From Malacoraja senta (taxonomy: Eukaryota), in the NCBI GenBank assembly GCA_038087875.1, contig CM075990.1, forward strand, positions 17,610,001 through 17,674,000: a stretch of 64,000 nt of DNA. Reading direction: 5' to 3'. The notes under the pieces were generated by a model. That model made no database searches, was not told the origin of the DNA, and was given only the letters and a program-made list of their open reading frames with translations. Below are positions 24,338 through 34,922 of this stretch, one piece after another; position 1 is the first letter of the stretch; the number at the start of each line of letters is the position of its first letter. The position numbers and the translations under genes are program-made.

Positions 24338-26904
24338 ATGAAGGAACACATACACTGTCACAACCATTTCACAAACTGTAATCACAACTCTCCTGTGAAC
24401 AACACAAATTGGAAAACGTTCACAGACATGAAACGCTGGAGTAACTCAGCGGGACAGGCAGCATCTCTGGAGAGAAGGAATGGGTGATGTTTTGGGTCGA
24501 GACCCTTCTTCAGACTAGTCCCTTTCGTGACTTCAAAGGAACGTACGGATACGGAGAAGCTGCTTCCTCTCTCTGGAATTATAGTCATGGAGTCATTCAG
24601 CACTGAAATAGGCCCTTCGGCCCAACTCATCCATGCCGACCAAGATGTCCCAATCTACACTAGTCCCACCTGCTTGCGTTTGGCCCATATCCCATGAAAC
24701 CTAGAAATCGAAACATCTGAGGAGGGAATGGACAGATGATGTTTCAGGTCAAGACAATACTTGAGAAACATTGTTTGCCCATCCCCTCTACAGACACTGC
24801 CTAACCCATTGAGCCGTCCAGCACTTTGTAGTTTGAACTCTCACATCTCCAGAACATATTGTTGGCAGGAATGTGGAACAAGATATATTTTATTGAATAA
24901 AATGAGATGAAATGTTCAGCATGAAATAAAGGAGGGATGATTCCGTACAACTTGTGTGATGATTAACAAACCTGATGCTACACATTAGTGGTTACAAAAG
25001 CTTCCTGGAATTTAATTCCCAGTCTTTAAACCAAGCTCTTTGCATTCGCTGATGGGAGTTATTCTAAAGGTGTCTCATTTTCAACTACACAAAGTGTACT
25101 CCTTAAAAATAAATATCACCTGATTACAGGAGGGGTTTTACTTTAACGACTCCCTTGCCCGCTCCCAGCGTGGGATTCGTAGACTATGGACGCGCTTTTC
25201 TCATCCTTATAAACCTGGAGCTGGCGGACTGCTGGTGACGTGCATCAGAGGGCGACAACATCACAAACACAAAGCGAGATAGAGGACCAGTTAACTATTA
25301 ACATCGGTGACAATGGAATGGACATTGATCAGGACTTGAATGAATTGAAGCACAAAGTCCCCTCTGAGAGACCTCAGCATCTCTGCCCCACTGACATGCA
25401 AAGGGAAAGGCTACATCAGTCCCTTTCGCTACATCAGTCCCTTTCGCTACATCAGAGTCGTTGTTGCGTGTATGTACCACTGCCCTCTCGCTCTGTACTT
25501 GTACAGTGGGTACGTCAGGCGTGAGGAAGCCTCAACTCCTGGCCCGTATCTTGCCCCTTGAGAGGTTGGCTGATGGGTTTGGAGACCTTGCGTGCACTGT
25601 GCTAATCAACAGGCAATCTTATAGATTCCATCTGTTCAACTTCAAAACTAAAGGGCTGGTGGTTGTGATTTAGCGATCAATTTGCACTACCTTCAGTAAT
25701 CCATCAGTCCACCTGGCAGGAGATGAATGCTTGTCAAGAGTCAAGGGTCAACAGTGTTTTATTGTCATATGTCCCAGATAGAACCATGATATTCTTACTT
25801 GCTGCAGCTTGTATTAGCTGGGAATCGATCCCTTCAGACCGAGACTGGTTCCTTAGTCTCATGTCTTCCACATTGGCCGGCATGGGCAAGTTGGGCCGAA
25901 GGGCCTGTTTCCGCACTGTATCACTCTATGTCTCCCTATATGGGATGCAAATGCATGGGCGAGCTGCTGTGAATATTGATCATTTCAACACCCTGAAGTC
26001 CAGCACACATTGGCAGGGTAATGTAATGCATCAGAGTGACCATTATCAATTGGGACCCAGGTTGAAAGCCATCAGCGGTTCACATCAGCGTCAGGCTGCA
26101 TTTCGGTGTCTGTACTGAGGGCATCTGGTTGCCTGGACTGGAGCCCAGACTGTAAAATCAAGTCCTGATTTATCAATGTCACTTTGTGGAGGCCCAATAT
26201 AAAGCAGCAAACTTTCCTTTTGAATGGGATGTGAAAAGTTGCAGAGCAATGTAAATGACACTTGGGAAAAGCCGTTAACTCTTTCCGCATCACTCCCCTT
26301 GCCATGCAAGCACCTTCTTCAAATCATAAGGCCATAATCACAGCACCAGACGGCCGTTTACACAGACTCTGTAATGTCGCAGACAGCTCCCGCCTGCTTT
26401 GATGATGCACGCAGGAACAATTCTCTCAGGGCGGATTGGAACGGAATTAATATGAAACACTTGTGTCGCCTCTATGTCCAAATATTGGCAGAAGGAGAGG
26501 TAGAATGCTAACGTTCTTCATGCTCTGCCCAAACCACCCACGGCTTTGGCGGGTCTGCAGGACATCTGGTGGGAGGGGTGATGAACACGGTCCCACAGGC
26601 AATTTCACACTACTTTCTAAGATTGAATATTATAATGATAGGATCAACACAGAAATAGGTCCTTCGGCCCACTTTGTCCATGCCGACCAACTCGACCAAG
26701 CTGGTCAAGATAAATGGATGAGCCCATGTTTGTGAACTCACAAGGTATTTGAATAAAGATAATCTATTAGTGCATGTCTCATGGTGGGATGTCACTTTAT
26801 GCAATAAGATGATAGTGTGTAGTAAACATCAGGGTTGGCAGGAACAAGGATGCACAGAGGGATCGCGGGTTCCAGGTACATATCCCCCTGAAAAGGGGCT
26901 GAGG

Positions 26905-27312
26905 GATACCCTGGAATTTAGATGGATGAGAGGGCATCTTATTGAAACATGTAAGATTATTAAGGGTTTAGACACGCTAGAGGCAGGAAACATGTTCCTG
27001 ATGTTGGGGGAGTCCAGAACCAGGGGCCACAGTTTAAGAATAAGGGGTAAGCCATTTAGAACGGAGATGCGGAAATACGTTTTCACACAGAGAGTTGTGA
27101 ATCTGTGGAATTCTCTGCCTCAGAGGGCGGTGGAGGCCGGTTCTCTCTGGATGCTTTCAAGAGAGAGTTAGATAGAGCTCTTAAAGATAGCGGAGTCAGG
27201 GGATATGGAGAGAAGGCAGGAACGGGATACTGATTGTGGATGATCAGCCATTGAATGGTGGTGCTGGCTCGAAGGGCCCAATGGCCTACTCTTGCATCTA
27301 TTGCCTATTGCC
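26905..27312 (+). mobile_element. CR1-clade LINE 3' end
   Basis: Encodes LEFR..RG.LIET.KIIKGLD..SRTRGHSLRIRG.PFRTEMR..FTQRVVNLWNSLPQ. The 3' UTR ends gggcc.aatggcctactc with a (ctattg)n tail. Confidence 0.85.
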
Positions 27313-30300
27313 TGACAGAAGTGCATAAATGTGGAGGAACGAACTGCAGATGCTGGTTTAAACCGAAGATAGATACAAAATGTTGAAGTAACTCAGCGGG
27401 TCAGGCAGCATCTCTGGAGAGAAGGGATGAGTGACGTTTCAGATTCAGGAAGAAGGGTCTCGACCCAAAACCCATTTCTTCACTCCAGAGATGCTGCCTG
27501 TCCCGCTGAGTTACAGAAATATATAAAGTTTTGAGTCATACTGAAGAGATTTAGAACTTTTTAACCAGAGTGGAAATGTCAAAGACTCGCTTTCAGGTCA
27601 GGGGGCAGTTTTAAGGAGATGTGCAGGACAAGTTTTTTACAGAGGGTGGTGGTGCCTGGAACGCACTGCCAGGGGTGGTGGTGGAGGCAGATACGATAGT
27701 GATGCTTTAGAGACTTTTAGATAAGCACAAGGATATGCAGGGAATGGAGGGATGTGGATCATATCGGACATTAGTTTAAATTGGCATCATGTTCAGCATG
27801 GATATTGGGGGCCGAAGGGCCTGTTGCTGTGCTGTGCTGTACTGATCCATGTTCTGTGTTACACAAATGCATCTGGACTGTAAGTGACAGCGTTGGCATG
27901 GTCAATGCAAGATGCTGCTGTCTGCCTGACCTTTGAGCAGCAGAGTTCAGGCCTGCAGTATCGTTATCTGATCTTTCTCACACACGCCTTTCAGGATTGT
28001 AGCCCAGACCTAGCAGCCTGATAGATGTCTTCCTTCTGTGATGAGGTCTGCTGAAGATCATGACAGCAGCACAACTCCACACCCCACGATGGGTTAAACA
28101 ACACGGCAGAGACTGAAGCCAAGTCCCTGACGGCTGGCTACACTCAGCACCTGAATCAGACCTGACGCTGTTAGAATGTGTAGGAAGGAACTGCAGATGC
28201 TGGTTTAAACTGAAGATAGACACAACATGCTGGAGTAACTCAGCGGGACAGGCAGCATCTGTGGAGAGAAGGAATAGGTGACGTTTTGGGTCGAGACAGC
28301 CCACAATGTCTGTGTGAACATGATGACAAATTAAACTAATGTTCTATGTGATCCAGATCCCTTTATTCCTGCATATCCATGTGGCTATCTAGGTCCCTAT
28401 CATGCCACGATCATATCTGCCTCCACCACTACCCTTGGCAGCACGTTCCAGGCACCCACCACCCTCTTCAGACTGAGAGTCAAGAGGAAAGGGAAACAAG
28501 GGATATAGACGGTGATGTTTAAGAAAGAACTGCAGATGCTGGAAAAATCGTAGGTAGACAAAAATGCTGGAGAAACTCAGTGGTGAGGCAGCATCTATGG
28601 AGCGAAGGAATAGGCGACGTTTCGGGTCGAGACCCTTCTTCAGACTGCCAGACGGTGATGTAGAGGAGCGAGTCTGGGTTAATATGTGGTCGGGGAGCCC
28701 GAGAGCAGAGTGGGTGCAGTGAGAGAGGATGGTTCACAGCTGCTTGTCTATTCACCTTCACAACACCGTCTGTGATGCAACTTGTGTCTCCTCCCTGCAG
28801 GGGGGCGAACACTCACAGAGATGTGAGGCCAGGTGTAAGGAATGTAAGATGTAAGCCATGATCACATAGAATGGCGGTGCTGGCTTGAAGGGCCGAATGG
28901 CCTACTCCTGCACCTATTGGCTATTGAAGTATCACCCATGTGAGGGTCATCGTGCAGAATGGCCACTCCTGACCAATAGACTGTCGAGGTTTACAGAACA
29001 ATGACACTCAGCGAGTCAGGCAGCATCTCTAGAAAACATGGCTAGGTAACGTTTCAGGTTGGATCCTTCTTCCATCTGCAGAATGGAATAGATAGTCCCT
29101 ATCTAAACCCTTCATGATTTTATATACCTCCCTAAGAGCAGCCCTCAGCCTCCTGCGGTCCATGGAATGCATGTCAGGGGTCCTTCAATGAAGGGCGTTG
29201 GTGAAACAGTTTCTCAGGCACACCAGAAGCCTCATGGTGTGTGCATGGATTTTGAGTTCCAGCCACTGTGCTGGGATATACAATTACTTCGCCAGATCAG
29301 TAGTCTGAGCTTGGGATTGCTGGCCTGACAACGTAACTACTGCCCGACTGGTGCTCACATGAACATCACATCAGAGGGTTCGCTGATAGATTAATTGAAA
29401 GATACAGGGTGGAAACAGGCCCTACAGCCCCCTCCCCCCCCCCCTCCACCCCAAGTCCATGGATCACCCGTTCACACTTGATCTGTGGTCGCAACAACTC
29501 CCTACACAGTGAGCGGCGATTTACAGAGACCAGTTAACCCTCGTGGGGCAAAGGGCCTGTTCCTGTGCTGTACTGTTCAAATCTACCAACCCACACGTCT
29601 ATGGAAGTGGGAGGAAACCGGAGCACCCGGAGGAAAGCCACGCAGATCCATGTGGAGAGTTCAGGATAGAAGGAATACTCTATCCATGTCTGCTGTCAGT
29701 CCAGAGTTCTCCCGCGTCTCAAGCCCAGTTGTTCCATGACAACATTTGATTTCAACTCCGTGTTTGTACAACAGCTCCAAGCTCCAATCACCAGGCTGTG
29801 ACCGGTTGTGTAAAAGCAAAATGAGAATCTCGGATCAATCCGTTTCTGTACGTGGAGGAACAGAACTAACCTCTGGGGTCAGTGTTCATTCGGAAGGTGA
29901 CTTGTCAGGAGCAGCCCTCTGTTTCACACCCCATAGATCCTGCATCCTTTCATCATTCATCCCTTTTGCTTTTTAAATAATTTTAATTTTGGAGTCATAG
30001 ATTCATCCAGCATGGGAACAAGCCCTTAAGCCCAATTCATCCAAGCCCAACAAGGTGCCCCATCTAAGCCAATCCCGATTGCCCGCATTTGGCCATAGTC
30101 GTCTAAACATTTCCTCTCCACGTACCAGTCCAAGTGTCTTTGTTGTATTGTTACAGTACAGTACTGGGTCAAGGGAAGAGCGTTCACACCGCGGCCCTGT
30201 TTCCACCAATCTTTCCACCACCACGCACTAGAAGCACAAGAAGCGCAAAACGCCACTGTATGCAGATGCCGAGATGTGTGTTTATTTTACTGCACCTTCG

Positions 30301-31971
30301 GGTGTGTGTGACAAATAAAATTGACTTTGACTTTGAGCTCTGGCTGAACAATTTCTCATCGTGTGACGTGGTCTCAATAAGAAGTGCAGTACTTGCTTCA
30401 ATTCCCGCCTCTGGCAGCTCGTACCATATACCCACCACCCTCTTCCCACATGATCTAGGACACCTCCATCACATCGCTCCTCAGCCTCGTTCACTCCCAA
30501 ATAATAAAGTCCGAAACCGGTTTTGTCCGCTGGTTGGGCACTTGCCTGATGTTACAAAGCCCTCACAAGGCTGAGGTCAGTGTTCAGTGTACTGGTGAAA
30601 GCATTCCCTGCACCCTGACCATACTACAAGGTCCACTTTACCATCACCAGTGGATCAAAGACCGAGCTGAAATGTGCAGAACAACCTTCACCTGGGTCTT
30701 CTACACTGACGTTCTCAATGACCTGAGACCTGTAAATATTGGAGAATGGACACCCATGTTTTAAAGGATACCCCCTCCCATCCCGTCCTCACCCCTCTTG
30801 CTCTGAGTAAACCAACCAGTCGTCCCCTTCACAGCTCGAAGCTGCAAACCTGGTGAAGTTTTCAATGTCGACCTTGAGGAGAATCAAGAAGCTTTCCATG
30901 AACGACTCCACCCATCGTCATGACCACCGTGCAGTCTAAACGCAGCAAGTCCGTCTGATCCATCCCGGCCATGAAGGGAAAGTGTTCTTCCCATGTGTAG
31001 GACAGTGCAGATGGGTGTGTATAATGTTACGTGAACTGTCGGGACAGTTATCTCAGATGCAGTGAGCTGGGCAATTTGGCAACTGTAAGCATTGATCAGA
31101 GAGGCACAAGCGTGGTGTCGGGCACAACTAGCAGTCAGACATTTATCTAATCTCTGCACCAGTTTGTAAACCCGCCTGGCTCGCTACACTCCATGATTCC
31201 ATCTGTTTTGGGATGAATCTCTCACAACTGCATTCTCCCGCTGGAACCAACACACACAGCAACGGGGTGATGTATTCCACACCAGGGGCTAATCTCACAG
31301 TAGCTGCCCACAGCTCCACAATGCATCACACTTGCTTCTAAAATGTATGCCCCTTGTTGCTTTACACACCATGAATTTATACGTAGCAAAATAGTTCAAT
31401 GTGATATAATGAGTCTGAAGACCTGTGATGTTACCTGTCCTAATACTCCAGAGATGCTGCCTGACCCACTGAGTTACTCCAGCACTTTATAGAAAGCCAG
31501 CATCTGCAGTTCCGACATGATATAATGATATTCATTTACCATGCACAATCTGTAAGCAGCCAATATGAATATCGCCTGGAACAGTAATACGTTCCCAGCC
31601 TGTGTGACAAAAGGCAAGGAGCCATTCTCAGTTTTATTACATATTTAAACTCTTGACAGAACGACCAGAGTGGTCTTGTGAAATTACTCTTTAACGTTTA
31701 AAACTTGTTGAAATTCTGCCTAACCGTTTTAAAGCAATTTGAGTAAATAACTAATTTGTCATAAACTGACTGGTCTTTAACAAATCTGCTTTGCAGATAA
31801 AATTCATGCCACAAAATTCTTCTATGAATTGTTTCACTTCATAACTTCATTATTCCGTAGCCTGTACACGTGAAAAATAAACTCACTTGTCTTCTGACTA
31901 CCGTTTCCCTTTATTTTACTAAAGAAATGCTGGAGATTTAATGTTTCCATCATGCCTTATATATTAAACTA

Positions 31972-32305
31972 ATAGCCCTGTCCCACGGTGCGAGTTCATT
32001 CCAAGAGCTCTCTCTCGAGTTTTAAAAAAATCAAACTCGTGGTAAGCACGGAGAATGAACGTAGCGGGTACACCGGAGCTCGGGGATGTCTCTTAGCGGC
32101 TCGTAACGCTAACGGCAGGTACTCGGGAAGACTCACTAACGGAAGGTAAGCACGGGAAGACTCGTGAAGATTTTTCAACATGATGAAAAATGTCCACGAG
32201 AGCCCCGAGTACCGACGAGCGGCCATTACCGTAAATCTCCGAGTTCGAATCAGGGCAAACTCGGGAGAACTCGTGGAATGAACTCGTACCGTGGGACAGG
32301 GGTTT
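31972..32305. mobile_element. Second copy of the same MITE (chemokine intron 1)
   Basis: Near-identical to 13586-13917 along its whole length; TA on both sides. Confidence 0.9.
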
Positions 32306-33191
32306 TAGGTTAGGTTTTCAATTAAATCCCTCACAGAAATCCTTACGGCAAATTTTAACCAAAGCCAAGCGAATGGCGAAAGTTGGTTGAAAGGTGATGC
32401 GTCCTCTGGAAGGATTGTGAGTAAATAAACAGGCAGTCACAGAGCAGCAGGGAGTCCAAATCAGTGGAGGATTCTCTCGCAACAGTGACATGGTTGATTG
32501 TTACTTGTTGCAGGTTGGACAATCCCTGTCGCTCGTCAGGCCGACAGTGTCACCCATCTGTGTTCCAACCACATGCACTGTGAAGGTCATTCATCTGGAA
32601 AGGTATCCTCACTACAAATACCACACACCTAATCCTCTGTTACTAACATGACATTGAGAACATCACAAGTTATCAGGCACTTCCATGCACTCTTAACTGA
32701 GTTCTGAAAGGAAGATCTTATGAAAGTGCGTGTTTCAAAAACTTGGAAATCTAACAGGATTTAAAATGCCTTACTAACAAAGCAGTTCAACATGTTAGTT
32801 AAGAATTTGACTGGGAGTTTCTTTTAGAACATTAGAGTATTTTGTAAAGAGTGTGGATATTTCCAACATCTGTCACCCACTCACGTTTGCTCAGAACACT
32901 GTACACAATCTACAATAATGAAATCTTTGTGGAATTAACAGTTGTTTTGAAAAATGTCTTCATTCAGATCTGATGAAACCAAACCTGAATCTGTACCAAA
33001 ACCAGAAATTGTTTTGAGAGCGGCCAATGTTACAGCAAATACTTTGCTCCGTTTGCTTTGGCATTGCTAACACAGATTCTTGCTGCACACTGTGGACAGT
33101 CCTGAAAATGGTAAGGTGTATAAATACTGCAAGTGTGATTCACACTGTAAGAGTCATGTTAATTAGTTATCAGTGAGTAACCGTTACTTAC

Positions 33192-33258
33192 CATGGGTCC
33201 AGTTGATGCAAGTTATCGCAAGCAGAAGGGCGATCAGCACACAGCATTTCACTTTCAT
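33192..33258 (-). CDS. cxcl12-like: CXCL12/SDF-1-like chemokine, coding exon 1 (signal peptide MKVKCCVLIALLLAITCINWTH-G)
   Basis: ATG at 33258 in the context ccaacATGa. 67 nt encode a basic N-terminus plus hydrophobic core and end at a phase-1 CATG|gtaagt donor, as in chemokine exon 1. Confidence 0.85.
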
Positions 33259-33376
33259 GTTGGGTGGTTTCACAGTCTGAGCAGTGCAGCCACCAGAGTT
33301 TGAATGATCCCAGATTCAAATTACTCCCAGCTAGTTGTGTCTCTGCATTTGGAAGGAATCCACCCCCATTCCAGCC

Positions 33377-33400
33377 TTTTATTGGATACAGGGAATACCC
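33377..33400 (-). promoter_or_regulatory. Putative core promoter of the chemokine gene (TATA-like AATAAAAG; kappaB-like GGGAATACCC)
   Basis: Minus strand reads ccAATAAAAGgc about 120 nt upstream of the ATG. GGGAATACCC at 33391-33400 is one mismatch from GGGRNWYYCC. Confidence 0.35.
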
Positions 33401-34783
33401 AAGATGGTACTTTATCAAGAGCTGGCAAAGTGATTATATTTTGACTTCTTTCCCAACAATTGGAATAGTTTCACCTCCCCCCAACTGAAGCTGAATACTC
33501 ATGGGACAGGTCAGGGTCGGTGACCAGCTGGTAGCTCTGTCCGCACTTTAGCTCATTCCATAAGCAGAGAGCCGCACCAGAGTAGACATCCGATCTCCAG
33601 CCTCCCAGTCCAGGTGGCTTCTGACCTGCACCTGGGTGAGCTCCATAGCACCAGGTGTGCTCAGGTGACAAGGAGGGAAGGTCCATGAGTGAAGTCTACA
33701 ACCAGCTGGCACAGAACAGATCCCAAACCTGCCCGCACAATCCTGCAGTGTCCAGTATCACCAGGGAACAAGGTCACTCTAGCAATAGAATGACGTTAAC
33801 TAACTCTGCCCTTGTCTTGAAAACTTTTTAAAAACACTAAATAAATCAATCTCATTTCAAACTATTCACAAATATTTAGGAGTCTGAGTGCAACAAAGTG
33901 TCAGATGCTGATGAAAGGACACAAGCCATAATCTTCAACTGATTGCTCTAATGAAGATTAACTGGTTACGCTGTTATTACATCTGCTCATTCTGGTTATT
34001 AATCATAACCCTGTTTATTTCTTTGTTTTAGAGCTTATTTTTTTTAACTTTGTCCTTCCACTGGCAGAGGAGATCACTGCCTGAATAAGGAGGGCCTCTT
34101 CCCAGTTCATCGACATGGTGTTCCGAGCAGATCCGGCCAGGATGCATGGGATATTGGTTGATGAGTTTGACTTGTGTCGAAGATTTAATCAAGGGCTTTG
34201 GAGGGGGATCTGGTGAAGGGGATTGGGCACGTATAAGGCATGATCTAATGGAGTGACAAAGGGCTAGCATGAGGGGCTGAAGGGCCCCTGGTTCCTAATG
34301 CGTACCTATGCTTGCTCTGACCTGTCTCCCCTATCCTTACACAAGTCCACCCCGGGATACGATCGCCTGAGTTATGAACAACCCTGCATATGAACGAGAG
34401 TTTGGGAGAGGGGTGAGGTGGGCAGGAGGGATTTGCCGCTGCTGCAGGGCTACAGGCATCTTCTGCCGGATGGGAATAGGACATTTCCATGTTCCCTCAG
34501 CCCCCCCCCCTTATCCCAACCTCAAGCCACAACGATGGTGGGGCTGGGCTGAACAGAGCAAAGCTGGGAATGCTGAGCAGACTCACTCACTGTGAGAGAC
34601 TGCAGATGCTGGAATCTTGAGCAATGCACAACATACTGGAGGAACTCAGTATGTCAGGCAACATCTCTGGAAAGCTTGGATAGGAGTAGTTTTGGGTCTA
34701 TCCAGGTCCTATCCATATCCTCCAGAGATGCTGCTTGACCCGCTGAGTTCCTCCAGCACTTTGTGTTCCAGCATCTCCAGTCT

Positions 34784-34922
34784 TCTTCTTCTTGGGTATG
34801 GCGTGCACAGCCTAAAGTTGTAGGACAACTTGTTCTATTTGATCTTATTTGATTGTGCACGCCAGGTTGATTGCATTCGTCGAAACAGGGCGGACCACGT
34901 GAAGGTTGCAATCTCCCACCCC
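34784..34922 (-). mobile_element. ~140-bp non-autonomous retroelement with 5' HDV-like ribozyme and (AAG)n tail (best-preserved copy)
   Basis: Flanked by the direct repeat catctccagtct (34772-34783 and 34922-34933; the last base is shared with the ribozyme G1). Ends in AAGAAGAAGA. Homologous copies at 12956 and 57255. Confidence 0.85.
34869..34922 (-). ncRNA. Predicted minimal HDV-like self-cleaving ribozyme (54 nt)
   Basis: GGGGUGG-GA-GAUUGCA-ACC-UUCACGU-GGU-CCGCCCU-GUUUCGA-CGAA-UGCAAUC. This gives a 7-bp P1 with G1.U wobble, 7-bp P2, 3-bp P3, 7-nt L3, a vestigial P4 with UUCG loop and J4/2 C-G-A-A, in the HDV nested-pseudoknot order. Confidence 0.75.

Noticed and set aside
32975..33101. 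Acceptor ttttcag about 90 nt downstream of exon 1 as an alternative exon 2
   Set aside because: The phase-1 frame stops after 11 codons (GLSTVCSKNLC-stop) and has no CXC motif.
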